DNA of 62,905 nt, counting the filler, from Chiloscyllium plagiosum (lineage: Eukaryota): assembly GCF_004010195.1 (NCBI RefSeq). It is 5 parts of 2 records of this genome, joined end to end, with 100 filler letters (N's around TTAATTAATTAA, not from the genome) between each part and the next. Parts side by side here need not be neighbours in the genome. Positions count along the whole stretch, not along the records: positions 26,485 to 40,700 come from NC_057713.1; positions 40,801 to 54,059 come from NC_057713.1; 3 more parts are not named here. One strand, given 5' to 3'. The translations under genes were made by a program, and so were the position numbers. Below are positions 38,336 to 51,330 of the stretch, in pieces (within the stretch, counting starts at the first letter, position 1; the number at the start of each line of letters is the position of its first letter). The notes beneath the pieces were generated by a model, which did not search any database, was not told the DNA's origin, and saw only the letters and a program-made list of their open reading frames with translations.

Positions 38336-38813
38336 TCTGCAAAGAATGATTTTCTAGTTAGGAAGCTTTGGTTGCTTATATAGCCTTAAAGATCTGCCAT
38401 ATATTCATCTTTGAGACTGGGGGATGATTGGCTATAGGTACGGAATTTTGATTCAATTTGATGGATTGGATAAATATTGATTAATTCAATAGGGACAACT
38501 ACACACTTGTTCTTTGGAAATAGGGTCATGGGATCTCTAATAACCACCTGAGAGAGGAAACAGGACCCTGGTTCAAAATCTCACCTCAACCTTAGCTGCT
38601 CCGATAGTACAGCTGCTCCAAAGTGGACATATGTTCATGCTTTGAGAATGATCGTACCGATGGCATGGGAGATTACACCTGCTTGTGAAATCCTGCACGT
38701 GTAACACTCCAATCAAGTGTTCCCATACAAAAGTCCAATGCTCAGAAGTGGGGAAAATCTTTCACATAGGCAAGGAAGCAATTGCGTAGTTTCACTCTTT
38801 AAAGGTTTCCCAG

Positions 38814-39409
38814 TGTGAGAAACAAAAACTCACTCACTTCAATAATTTCAGTCCGAGACCAAAAATCTGAACTAGTAGTGCCGTTTTATTTGTACACTTG
38901 CAAGTGGGTACAATGTCTAATGCCAGGTAAGACAATGACAAATGCACATCAAATCCAACAAACTCTCGAAATTTATACAGTTTGAATCCCCATATTTTTT
39001 GTCTTATTTCATTGTTTGCCCCCATCCTCCGCTTACGTCATTCATTTCCTTAAGACTGATCCCACAACTTCTGTTTATCCGGCCTTGTCAGTGACAAATG
39101 TCTATCTCTGCTCCCATAAGGGTGTTTGACGTCATCCCATCCTTTGCTTACCATTATCTGCTCCCTCCATCTGCGCTGCCCCTCACAGCATCTTATCACT
39201 AAGCCCTTTTAATTGGGGTTTGTTCCTGTGTCTCCGTGGAAGTGGGGAAAACAGATGTTTTTCCTGTTTGCCCATACATCTACCATTGTTCTATAATCAT
39301 GTTTCATGCTAACATATTTTTTTTTAGCTGAATATATATATTTACTCATTCTTGTTCTGTATCAGAATTTATAGTTGCAGAAATAACATTAATTCATCTA
39401 TATCCCACA
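38814..39409 (-). mobile_element. 3' LTR of endogenous retrovirus
   Basis: On the minus strand it starts TGTGGGATA just after the PPT and ends TTTCTCACA. TATAAA at 38977-38972, AATAAA at 38890-38885, CRE TGACGTCA at 39127-39134, CCAAT at 39216-39212. Confidence 0.8.
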
Positions 39410-39410
39410 A

Positions 39411-39427
39411 TTTCCCCTTTTTCTTTT
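39411..39427 (-). other. Retroviral polypurine tract
   Basis: AAAAGAAAAAGGGGAAA between the env stop and the LTR TG. Confidence 0.8.
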
Positions 39428-39468
39428 CATTACCATTTGTTATCTTCTGCATTTTTGTCTCTTTTTTT

Positions 39469-40698
39469 TTAAACATCGTTCCCAAAATTCGCAAGCATCA
39501 TTTCAGAGATTTCATCCATCTTGGTTTCACTCATCTCCTTATTATTTAGCCGATAAAGTTCCTCTGTCTGATTCCCTCTTAGGGGTAGTTGTTTCATCAA
39601 GGCTGTTTCAATCAGTCTTTGGGTGAGCCCTCGTATACAGGGTATGACACAACAGCCAATGGCCACCAATACCCCGACTACTACTATCAGGGAAGTAAGG
39701 ATAGAAACCACCACCCCCTTCCATTTCCCAAACCAGGATTCAAGCCACCCTGTGAGAGATGTGTTTACTCCTGAATTCTCAGCCAGTTCCTCTGCTATGG
39801 CAGTCAATCCCCGTAAGGCCCGAGTAATTGAACCATCAGGCGCAGTGTTATTAGGAATAAAGGTACAACAGCTTCCTCCTAACATCACACACACACTCCC
39901 TTTCTCTGCTAAAATCATATCAAGGACTATTCTGTTTTCCCATGCCATCCTACTTGTCGCATCAAGCTGTTCTGATATTCCTTTAACCGCCTCTCTTGTA
40001 TAATTTATAAATCGCTGCTGATTATAAAAAATGTAATTTATCCAATCTACATTTTTATTAATTGTTACCCACCAAAAGAGAGCTGACTCAAAGCCTGCTG
40101 CAATCTGGTTACGAGCCTTGAATTCATCAGGTACTCCCCTAGGGACTCCTACCAAATCAAGATAAATCCTATCATCGAAAGAAGTATCAAACAGTGATCT
40201 CTTACCCCTTCCCTTTTTCCCTACAATCTTTTCCTTCTCAAATGCCAGGGTAAATGGAATTGCCAATTGTACAATTGCACATATCCCTCTCCAATCCGGA
40301 GGTAGGGTGGGTCTCAATATTTTGCCTCCACAGTACCACCACAGATCCGCTCGGGGAACCTTTAGTGCTGAGTAGTTCCCTCCCTTCTCCGCTTCGGTAA
40401 CATTCTTAATCTCTGTACATAATTTCAGTTCCCCCAAATCTCTCGACCGACTTGTACCTCGCCTGCGCGCACACGACATGTGATTTCCAACTGCGGCGGA
40501 AAATGTGGGGGGAACCTTTGCATCTTTCTCCTCCAATGGAGGGAACGTTAGAGATAGGGAGGTACAATTCCTATCATTCCATGCAGTCTCATCCTGATAC
40601 AGGGCTATCATACATTTCATGCCCTTCCTGTCTCGCTTCCACCCGAGTGGAAAGGGAACCACCTGGGCCACTGGCCTACCGGAGGCACATGCAGAGCA
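39469..40698 (-). CDS. env: Endogenous retrovirus envelope (gamma-type, HERV-I/ERV-Pb-like), 5'-truncated by scaffold end
   Basis: Open frame of 409 codons to TAA. CSAC (CXXC, 40698-40687), furin site RGKR (40209-40198), 'GVPRGVPDEFKARNQIAAGFES', ISD 'WENRIVLDMILAEKG', CVMLGGSCC (CX6CC, 39891-39865), hydrophobic TM, cytoplasmic tail. Confidence 0.93.
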   Translation of the reverse strand, partial: CSACASGRPVAQVVPFPLGWKRDRKGMKCMIALYQDETAWNDRNCTSLSLTFPPLEEKDAKVPPTFSAAVGNHMSCARRRGTSRSRDLGELKLCTEIKNVTEAEKGGNYSALKVPRADLWWYCGGKILRPTLPPDWRGICAIVQLAIPFTLAFEKEKIVGKKGRGKRSLFDTSFDDRIYLDLVGVPRGVPDEFKARNQIAAGFESALFWWVTINKNVDWINYIFYNQQRFINYTREAVKGISEQLDATSRMAWENRIVLDMILAEKGSVCVMLGGSCCTFIPNNTAPDGSITRALRGLTAIAEELAENSGVNTSLTGWLESWFGKWKGVVVSILTSLIVVVGVLVAIGCCVIPCIRGLTQRLIETALMKQLPLRGNQTEELYRLNNKEMSETKMDEISEMMLANFGNDV

Positions 40699-40700
40699 AT

Positions 40701-40800
40701 NNNNNNNNNNNNNNNNNNNNNNNNNNNNNNNNNNNNNNNNNNNNTTAATTAATTAANNNNNNNNNNNNNNNNNNNNNNNNNNNNNNNNNNNNNNNNNNNN
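40701..40800. other. Artificial scaffold spacer
   Basis: 44 N + TTAATTAATTAA + 44 N. Confidence 0.95.
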
Positions 40801-41045
40801 CCTGGTAAATCTCCTCTGCACCCTCTCCAAAGCTTCCACATCTTTCCTAAAGTGAGGCGACCAGAACTGCACACAGTACTCCAAATGTGGCCTAACCAAA
40901 GTCCTGTACAGCTGCAACATCACCTCACGACTCTTGAATTCAATCCATCTGCTAATGACCGCTAATACACCATAGGCCTTCTTACAAGCTCTATCCACCT
41001 GAGTGGCAACTTTCAAAGAGTTCTGAACATCGACCCCAAGATCCC
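40801..41045 (-). mobile_element. CR1 fragment
   Basis: LYRTLVRPHLEYCVQFWSPH. Confidence 0.9.
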
Positions 41046-41717
41046 ATAATGTTGCGTTACTTACTTGGATCTGGGGAAGGGTCTGGGTTCCAATCTAATC
41101 TGGACCTTTGGCTGCACTAACAATGGCAGCAATCCAGAAAGGGCACAGATGTTTGGCACTAAGGTGTCTGCCACTTGTTTCATGCAACCTGATGTTCTGC
41201 AAAATCTGCCACAGCACCCCAGTTGCTGTTTGAAGGCAATAAAAGCAGAAAGTGCTGGAGAAACTCAACAGGTCTGGCAGCATCTGTGGGGAGAGAAAGG
41301 GAATTGAGTTTTGAGTCCAATGAGTCTTTCAGAACTCCATTGCTGGAAAGAAACCAGTTCCAGTGTATAGTTACTTTGGCAGAACTAGCTGTACCCTGAA
41401 ATTTGGCTGAAGGTCTAGTTTGAGCAGACAGCATATTTCTGTGCTTCTGCACCACAGTGTAGTCAATGGAAACAGATTTCTTCAGACATGTCTCGATAGT
41501 TATGTCTTAGTCTGTAAATACAGATGGTTGAGTAGGTTTGTCTTGAGGAACCACATCTTCCTCACACACCTCCTCACATTTTATTCATAATTTTCCAAAA
41601 CAAGCAAACGCAGAGGTACATCCGACAGCAAGCCCATCTGTAGAATTATATTTGTAACAACTTAAATTACTATTGCTAATATGCCATGGCTGATATTTGC
41701 AAACAAATCCAGAGTTA

Positions 41718-42540
41718 TGGGAAAGATGTTGTGAAACTTGGAAGAGTTCAGAAAAGATTTACAAGGATGTTGCCAGGGTTGGAGGGTTTCAGCTATAGGG
41801 AGAGGCTGAATAGGCTGAGGCTGTTTTCCCTGGAGCATCAGAGGCTGAGGGGGGACCTTATATAGGTTTACAAGATCAAGAGGGGCATGGGTAGGGTAAA
41901 TAGACAAAGTCTTTTCCCCAGGGTAATGCAGTCCAAAACTAGAGAGAATACGTTTAAGGTGAGAAGTGAAAGATTTAACAGAGTCTTGAACCTTTGCACA
42001 CAGAGAGTGGTACGTGTATGGAATGAGCTGCCATTGGAAGTGGTGGAGGCTAGTACAATTAAAGGATTTAAGAGGCATCTAGATGGGTACACGATTATAT
42101 TCCCTACAGTGTGGAAACAGGCCCTTCATCCCAAATTGACCGTCTGAAGAGTAACCCACCCAGACCCATTTCCCTCTGACTAATGCACCTAACATTATGG
42201 GCAATTTAGCATTGCCAATTCACCTGACCTGCACATCTTTGGACTGTGGGAGGAAACCGGAGCACCCAGAGGAAACCCACGCAGACACAAGGAGAATGTG
42301 CAAACTCCACACAGACAGTCGCCCAAGGATGGAATCAAACCTGGGACCCTGCTGCTGTGAGACAGCAGTGCTAACCACTGAGCTACCGTGCCGAATAGGA
42401 AGGGTTTAGAAGAATATGGGCTAAATGCTGGCAAATGAGACTAGATTAATTTCGAATATCTGGATGGCATGGACAATTTGGAACAAATTGTCTTTTTCTG
42501 TGTTGTACAACTCTTTGATTCTGTGACTCTATGACTCTGT
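41718..42540 (+). mobile_element. CR1 3' end with antisense HE1-like SINE nested at ~42098-42392
   Basis: CR1 'RVQKRFTRMLPG..CTQRVVRVWNELP..HLDGY' resumes at 42393 'gaataggaagggtttag'. Confidence 0.85.
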
Positions 42541-42669
42541 AAATAATGTGAATTTGAATCCTTTTCTGATGTATGTAATAAAATATTTCCAAGCATTTTG
42601 GACAAAGAGACAGTTTCTGTGCTGTACATCTCAATGACTCAGTGACTCTAAATCCAATTCAAGGTGAAT

Positions 42670-42888
42670 GAACGATGTGGAGGTGCCGGCGTTGGACTGG
42701 AGTGAACGAAGTCAGAAGTCAAACAAAACCAGGTTATAGTCCAACAGGTTTATTTGAAATCACGAGCTTTCGGAGCGCTGCTCCTGCGTCAGGTGAAGTG
42801 GACTTCGGCTGACAAAGGAGCAACGCTCTGAAAGCCTTGATTTCAAATAAATCTGTTGGACTATAACCTGGTTTTGTGTGACTTCTGA
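42670..42888. mobile_element. Fold-back PLE terminal mini-element (family C) with 10-bp TSD
   Basis: Arms ~42711-42792 and ~42809-42889; TSD caaggtgaat at 42660-42669 and 42889-42898. Confidence 0.8.
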
Positions 42889-44924
42889 CAAGGTGAATAA
42901 AGCAATAATAAAATGAAATGAAGACAGTCCAAATAGAATGGTCAAAAGAGTAGTGCAGGGAAATGAAATTCCTGCATTTAATAATGGCACCATCATTGTG
43001 ATCAGCATCATTGAAAGGGTCTTTGTTGTTGTGTTGCCATAGTCTTAACAGACCATAGGAGCTGCTCTCGCATGAGAGCAAGAGCAACTGGTGGTGATTT
43101 AACCTGAGGACCACCAGACCTCAGGTGAGGGAAGAGGTTGAGAAGGAGAGTCCTTCACGGTAACTTCAAACCAGTGATGGGAATTGAACCCATGCTGTTG
43201 GTATTATATGGCTCTGTAAACCAATGATCCAGCCAACTGAGCTAACCAAATTCCCCCAGGGCCATTTGTACAATAACAATACATAGTCATCATTCCAGAA
43301 CTGAGCACAGAGAGTAGCGGACCTAAGCTATCAGAACAATTGCCTTAAATAAGATGCTGCATGAAGAAAGCTGATCACTTTTTGTTTTTAAAATGTGACC
43401 TGGACAAAAAGTAGCACCTAAGGCTTGCTTGTCCATTGCTCTGCTCTCCAACCACCTGATCAGCACATTCAGTGTGTCCAGCCACATAATCACATTGTTT
43501 GTGGCCAGAGTCAGGTTTAACAATGCAGCACTGCAGATGTAGCAACATAACTTGATTTACACATTCAGATCACAGGTCATCAAAACACTAGGCAGCTCAC
43601 CAGTTGGCTTACCCACTAATCCTCAGTGTTAATCTTCAACCAGGGGAACATTTAGGTATGAGGGAGCAATACACAGACACTCATGAACCACAAGGGACAT
43701 TTTAAATCACTGTAGTAAACCTCAATGAGAAATCACACCACATGCAATGGAACACCATGATCACTTATTCACTAAATAAAATTATGGTTTTTGGAACCTA
43801 CGTTGTGGTCTGTTATTCCTTCAATATTCTACAAAAAGAAACTTCTTTCGTTCCAGTGTACACCAACCTAGTCTTAAACAGCTGTTAGACACAACTAAAC
43901 AACGCAAACAGTAGTCCCATAAAGGTAAATATTTTCAGTAGACTTTATTGACACTCAAATCAAGATCTCTGGGTCGTGAGAAACATCCCTGTGGTGATTC
44001 ATAAATGCAGAGGTCAATGTAAAAATGGTGACAAAAAACTCTGCAAAGTCTGATCCTTGCTTATTCTTGGTACTGCTAGCTCAGAGGTCTGAATGTGAAC
44101 CATTACTAAATTTCTTCAATGGGCTTGATTTGAACAATTCTGAAAGACTTTTTGCAAGCTCATGATGAGGTTTGTAAAAATCTGAGCAGACATTAAGAAA
44201 TAAGATTCTGTTTGCGCATTTCAGCACTGAAGCTACACTTTGTGCTGTGACGAAGGTTTATTGTCATGCTCAAAGGGCTGTTCACTAATTAATTAATGCC
44301 TGTTCTGTTAGACTGGAGCCTCATCCTTTCCAACCGCCACTGTGTCCTCATAATGCGTTTCCCTTTCTCACTTCTTGAATGCATAACAGTTCCCAACTTT
44401 GAACTCAGACATGAATACATTCCAACTTTCACCATGGTCACTGTATCCATACTTTAAAGTATTATTTGTTCTCCATCCTTCTACGTCATACATCACCATA
44501 GAAATTCCTCAGCCACTACTTCAACTCCTGGATTAGTTCCATGTGACCAAATTTACATGGTTCAGCTGTAGCCACCTTCGAGCCCAAGAAGTGAAGGTCT
44601 AGTGGAAACATGTGAGACAGTGTTTCAAGTATTGAAATTGTCTGTAACATAAGCAATGCTGGTTATCGATCTCACACAAAGGTGAGAAAGGTAATCTCAA
44701 AGATAATCAACTCATCAAGTGAAAAGTGAAAATGCTGTTAGAAGACATATGTTAGTTAGAATGGATTCTAATGTTATGGTTCATTCTAAAAGGGAAAGTT
44801 AACCTACTCATTAGTGAGTGATTGCTGATAACAAAGACATGCTAGAATCAGAAAGAGAAAAACATTGAAGTCTTGTGAAATGAGTTTTATGATTTAGCTG
44901 CTAAAAGCAGGACATTAAAAAAGT

Positions 44925-45430
44925 TAATTTGCATTCACATATTACCTTTCACGACCTCAGATTATCTCACAATCAACCAAGTTGCTTTGGAACATAGTTG
45001 CTATTCTAAAAAATGCAATAACTAATTCGTGGACATTAATGTTAAACAGGCAACAACAAGATAATGAGCAGATAGCCTGTCCTAAGTGATGCTGGTCAAA
45101 GAATGAAAATAAGTCAAGATAATTGAAGGAGAAAAGCCCTGGCTTTCCTAAAATAGAGAGGGGAAAGTGAGCACTGCAGATGTTGGAGTTTTGTCTGCTT
45201 CAGGACGTGGCTTCCTGATGAAACACTTACATCCAAAACATCGACTCTCCTGCTCCTCGGATGCTACCTAACCTGCTGTTCTTTTCCATTGCCACATTCC
45301 CGCCCCTTTCTTAAAAGAGAGTCAATGGGATCTTTTGTACCCATCCGAGAGAGCATAAAGGCCTCCGTTTAATGTTTAGCCACTCCTGTAGTACCCTTAA
45401 GCAGTAGCCTAGATTATGCTTAAAACCTTT
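44925..45430 (-). mobile_element. Deu-domain-like SINE remnant (SacSINE1-like) with nested PLE tail
   Basis: 'atgggatcttttgtacccatccgagagagc..ggcctccgtttaatg' recalls the Deu domain; similar piece at ~38515-38610; PLE tail at 45160-45300. Confidence 0.45.
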
Positions 45431-45475
45431 GTAACAAGACCAAATTTCATGATTCCTTACACATATAGGTACAAG

Positions 45476-46121
45476 TGTCATTTCAGTGATGATGATGCTC
45501 CTTTAGCAATGTTGTGTTGCCCTTGGTTTTTTTTTTCAGCAGGGCCATAAACCTAGAGACTCTACGAGAGCTAGGTTTGAAGATCTAGGGCCAATTTGGT
45601 TATAGTTAACTGATACTGCCTCAGGCAAAAGGCTTTCAAGTTTAAAAACACTTGTACAATGAAAGGGGTGTGGCCAGTTCTCCCAGCTCAGCTTATCTCT
45701 GGTTTGGTTTGGTTTTAGCAGGCAGTGAATTGTGAAGCTGCTGGACCTAAAGAAGCAGGTCCATGCTGATCCTTCCTCTGTCTGACATCTCTCCTGTAAG
45801 AAACCGTGTTGTAATTTTCTCATTTGTTTTGGCAAGGGGTGTTTATGGGTATTGTTGCAAGTTATTGGAACAGCACCATTAAGTTGGGCTAGTCTGGTGG
45901 GTTTTCGGATAGGTTACATTATTCTATATTGTGTTCTCTTTTGTTTGTGTTTCATTCAGTAATCTTGCAAATAAATTCTGATTTGTTTAAAACAATGTGG
46001 TTGGGCCAGCTGCATCGCTCCTCGAATATCAACGCTACACCTGCTTAAAACAATTAGCAAAGTTAGGGTTCAGGCTATTTTCTTGAAATGTTTTGAGGGG
46101 GATCTGGCCGGGTCCATAACA
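45476..46121 (+). mobile_element. Possible solo LTR
   Basis: TGTCAT...ATAACA ends, AATAAA at 45970; interrupts a SINE head; the 5' boundary is uncertain. Confidence 0.45.
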
Positions 46122-48269
46122 CTACTGAGCCATGAATGACATTCAAAACTAATAATCCCAGGATCACTCGCAGTGGCACATGCAAAGCCAGTTCAAGAGA
46201 GGCAGAAGAGACACATCAACAGAGTCACTTGGGTAAGGAAGGTTTAAGATATCTACACTTGGTTTAACTTTTGATTAAATTCAGTATATAATTAATGTGT
46301 GCACAAACGTAGTATATGAATGCAAATTAACTTTTTTAATGTCCTGCTTTTAGCAGCTATATCATGTATAATATGTGCACAAAGATTCATAGAAAAACAT
46401 ACACAAGGTATTATGCAATAAACATCTTCAAGCAGAAGCTGCCAGATATTTCCAAGAGCTACCATGTTCTTTTTCATGTATCTATTATTTGCACTGACTT
46501 ATTTTAATTTAGAAGGAGCAACAAGACAATTTCTCTATCAGTTGGAAAGTTAGCAACAAAGCATAGGATGCTATCACTGCCAATGCTGCATCAGACACAA
46601 TCAGTTCAGCTTATGTCCTTGACAGTCGGATAGTGTGCTCAGACTGATGCTTGCAAAAAGAACTATGAAGATGCTGGAGGGTAACTGTTCCAAAATGAAA
46701 CCAAACTAGAAAATCAGCCATTCCTTCAGAAGACAAAAGAATGAAGAGGAGAAAGTCAAGGGGAGTTTGATCAAATATTGAATATATTTTTGATATAAAA
46801 TAGACTATATATACATATAATTATATACAATAGATTTTTCAGTTCATAAGGGAGCTCTTTTAAAATAAAAGTAATTTAAAATTTCACTAATGAAATTGCT
46901 CTTCCATTTTAGAAACCATCTGATATTCATTCCTTTGTGAAAATCAGTTAGATTGATGGACAATGCACTCTGTTAAATAACCACCCAAGCACTGAATATT
47001 TACCGTGATGTTCATAAAAGAGAACCACCTTGAAATTATTCATTATAAGCCGTAGACATTTAAATAACTACATGACTAAATTGCTGAGCCTTAATTAATA
47101 TGTTCTCTGGCATGAGAAAGAAGAGTATGCTATCTAGTTTTATGGAAATTGGCAGAAATCCAGGATCACAATGATGCTGCTTGGGATTAATGCTGGACTA
47201 AAATTGAATTTAAACTTTTAGATATAACTACTCGCATCATTTTTAAGGTAACCGAATCTACAGATCTCTGACTTGCCTTATCTAGAACGTGATCTGGTGA
47301 AATATTTTTCTCTTGAAAGTAATACAATGCAAAGCATGCAAACAATAATTTTCATTGCAATTTTCCTTAAACATTTTTTGGAAGTAAAACAAACATTATG
47401 GTCATAAGTAAAAACATCATGACACTTATGCAAGTTTACTTACTTTGCAGTAAACGTGTTTAGAACATTTGTTTAACTTAAATTTCTCATTAAGTACTAC
47501 TAAGTATTTAAAATTGTTAGGGTTGAGCTTCTGCAATTTCTTCTGATGAGGGAACAGTGAGAAGCTTTGTCATCAACTTCAGACAGTGTCCCTCCTATGG
47601 ATTCGATCACAAAGTGCAGGACGTAAATGAATTGACCCCTTTCAACAAGCAGCCTTATGTGAAACACATTCTCTTTAGTGGGGCATATGTTAAGGAAGCC
47701 TGTGGGTGGTAATCGCTTGTGCAATGTTCAAATCTTCATTATTACTCTTTTTAAAAAGAAGAGAAGTGGGTTTCTCTGACGCAACTGAATCATTATCTTT
47801 GGATGAATAACTAGGTTGACACATTTCCTACAAGTTATTGTGGCATTGAAAGCTATTGAAGTGACAGTGACTAATAAGAAACATATGATTTTCACCACTT
47901 TCTCCACAATATGCTGAGAGATCCAACAGCTTTTGGTAAAAGGTCTGTGGTTACTAAATAGAAGGAGAACACAAAACTCTCATAGTTCCCCCACTATAAC
48001 ATCATCCATTGTCCTTCAGTCCAATGATAACATTTGTTCAGGATTGTGAACTCTTGTCTTGAATCATCATGTAATTGATGTGTGGTCACCCATGGCTCAG
48101 TTTGGAGCTCTTGGTTTCTGTCTTAGTTACCTCAAGTCCATTCCACAGACATGAACAATCAAATCAAATCTAATCCAACCCAACACATCAGTGTAGCTTT
48201 TCTTTCATGAGAGCAATTTTGGATGGTGATAGATATGGTAGAGATAGACAGCTGAATATTTTTATCGGG

Positions 48270-48890
48270 TCATAGAGTTATACTGCATGGAAACAGACCC
48301 TCAGATCAAACCTGTCCATGCCGACCAGATATCCTAAATTCATTTAGTCCCGTTTGCCAGAATTTGATCCTTATCCCTCTAAACTCTCCTATCATGTACC
48401 CTTCCAGGTGCACTTTAAATGTTGTAATTGTACCAGCCTCCCCCACTTTCTCTGGAAGCTTATTCCATACACGCACCACCCTCTGCATGAAAAAGGTGCC
48501 CCTTAGGACCCTTTTAAATCTTTCCCCTTAAATCTTTCTCACCTTAAACCTACGCCCTCTAGTTTTGGACTCCTCCTGGATCCTGGGAAAAAGACCTTGT
48601 TTGCCTACACTATCCATGATCCTCATGATTTTATAAACCTCTTTAAGGTTTCCCCTCAGCCTGTGACGCTCCAGGGAAAACAGCCCCAGCCTATTCAGCC
48701 TCTCCCTATAGCTCAATCCCTCCAATCCTGGCAACATCCTTCTGAGCCCTTTCAAGTTTAACAATATCTTTCCTATAGCAGGGAGTCCAGAATTGCACGT
48801 AGTATTCCTTAAGTCACCTAACAGTGTCCTACACAGCAGCAACATGACTGCCCAGCACTTATACTCAATGCACTGACCAATACAGGCATT
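48270..48890 (-). mobile_element. CR1 3' fragment
   Basis: MLPGLEGLSYRERLNRLGLFSLE..QRVVRVWNKLP. Confidence 0.85.
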
Positions 48891-49639
48891 TTGATTCACA
48901 CTAATGTAGTATTGACTTACTGCTGACAGCAAGATGTTAAGTTTGGCACAATTTCTAACAGCTGCATTTTCCACATGGGACAAAATGAAACAGGATTGAA
49001 TCATCACGTAACATAAAAATAAAATGCCGCAGATGCTGGAAATCAGCAATAAAAACAGAAGGTTCTGAAAATAATGAACAGGTCATGCAAGATGCATGGG
49101 AAAAAAAGCCAAACGTTAGCACGCTGGACTCCCCTTCCACTTGGGAAAGCAGAAATCAGAATGGTATCTGGGTCCCAAACCCAGGGGGACCACACCATCT
49201 GTCCCAATTTCTGGAGAGGGTAGTGTTGGGTAGGGAGAGTTGACTTAAGTGGCCCAAGAGAAGTTAAGAGGCTACTTGGTAGCTGTGGTGACAAAATGGA
49301 GGTGGGGCAGTTTAAACTGAGCCCAATATAAACAGCCCCAGAGCAGACATTACAGTGGCTTCCATTTCACTGCTTCAACTTTGGTATTCATGACAGTATG
49401 ATCCCAGCTGATATTACATTTGAACAAGTCAGACCCCAGTCCAAAATAAGCCTGGTGTCACTGACTGAGGTGCTAATGTGCAAAAAGGCAATGCATGGCA
49501 GGGATGCCGAGAGAATCCAGGTAGGCTTAGAGTGACCATGGGGAAACGGCAGGTATGCTAAACCATTAGTCTACTTCACAGCAGAAATGGAGAGTAGCTT
49601 GCTGGAAGTCCCAAAGAAATTAACAGAGGATTGGGGACA

Positions 49640-50875
49640 GGGTCTAAATGAAATCAGTTTAAGTAAATCATCAATAATTTGGAAATCAATGGAACTGAAA
49701 AGTGACAAATCCATAGGACCGTGGTTTCCATCCATGGTTGTTAAAGGAGATAGGAGAGCACATTGCCGATGCCTGAACTGTAGTCTTTCAGAGTTCCCTG
49801 GATCCAATACCTCTGGATTGGAAATTTGATCATGTCACTCTGCTCTTTAAGAAAGGTTATAGAGGGAAACCAGGAATTTACAGATCAGTTAGCTTGACAT
49901 CTGTGGTGTTGAAATTGTTGGAGCCTATAATCAAGATAGAGGAACTGATCACATCCAAAAAATTCACTTATTCAGGGAGAATCAGTGTGGGTTCACGAAG
50001 GGGAGGTCATGACTGACAAACCTCAGAGAGTTTTTCGAAGATATATCAAAGGTGGTGGACAGAGGTAAGTTGATGGATGTTGTTGATATGGACTTCAAGA
50101 AGGCTTTTGATAAAGTCCCAAACAAGAGGCTGTTTGCTAAGGTGGATGCCCACAGAATTAAGGACAAATTACTGACATGGTTGAATGGCAGGAAACAGAG
50201 AGTTGGAATAATGGATAAGTATTCAAATTGGCAGGACCTGAGCAGTTGTGTCTCACAGGGATCTGTGTGGGGCCTCAACTGTTCACAATGTTCATTAACA
50301 TGGATAATGGCGGGGAAAGTCAAATATCCACATTTGCTGACAACACAAAATTGGGCAGCATTGTGAACACTATTGACAACAGTATAAAATTACAACAGGA
50401 TAGTTATAGATTAGGTGAATGTGCAAAGCTGTGGCAGATAGTCTTCAATATAAGTAAGCGTGAGTTGTCCACTTCAGACTGAAAAAGGATAGATCAGGAT
50501 AATTTTATATACAGTGGATGTCCAACAATATTTGGGGGGGGGGTCCGTTATATAGCTCTTTAAAATGCCACAATAGTTGCAGAAAATAATCAAGACGTCT
50601 AATGAAATGCTGGCTTTCATATCAAAAGGGCTGGAATATAGGGATGTTATGCTGCAGTTATACAGAAGGACCCCATTTACAGTACTGCAAGTTTATCTGA
50701 GCACCACACATCAGGAAGGAAGTTTTGTCACTGGGGGAAGTTCAATACACATTTACAAGAAAGATGCTGGGTCTTCAGGGCTTACATTATGAGGAGAGAT
50801 AAGGCCTTTATTCTCTAACATTGAGAAGGTTTAGGGGTGATTGAATTGAAGTTTTCAGGATATTAAGAGGGAAAG
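49640..50875 (+). mobile_element. Decayed CR1 RT
   Basis: GRS*LTNL, DFKKAFDKVP, FADNTKLG. Confidence 0.85.
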
Positions 50876-50953
50876 AAAGCACAGAGTCATAGACTTGTAC
50901 AGCATGGAAACAGACCCTTCAGTCCAACCCATCCATGCTGACCAGATATCCTA

Positions 50954-51149
50954 GGGTTAGATACAGGGTAAAGCTCTCTCTACACCATCCCCCACTCCCA
51001 GGGACAGGGGGTTAGATACAGGGTAAAGATCTCTCTACACCATCCCCCACTCCCAGGGACAGGGGGTTAGATACAGGGTAAAGATCTCTCTACACCACCC
51101 CCCACTCCCAGGGACAGGGGGTTAGATACAGGGTACAGCTCCCTCTACC
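50954..51149 (+). repeat. 55-bp tandem repeat, ~3.5 copies
   Basis: 'gttagatacagggtaaag' recurs at 50956, 51011, 51066, 51121. Confidence 0.9.
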
Positions 51150-51330
51150 TTTTTGAAATGAAAGTAGTCCTGTCTCTAGGCTGTCCCTATCTGAAGTCTG
51201 ACCCTCTCGGCCAGAGTTAGCGACCTCTGCACTACACCCCAGCAGCCCCTGACTATAGCTTGGCCCTGAGACTGCTGGGACGTCCTTTGGCAAGGAAGTG
51301 ATTGGCTCAGTCTCAACAGGATGAAGCATT

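Noticed and set aside
43300..47900. AT-rich, repeat-poor stretch as conserved non-coding or regulatory DNA
   Set aside because: No motif or structure identifiable without cross-species alignment.
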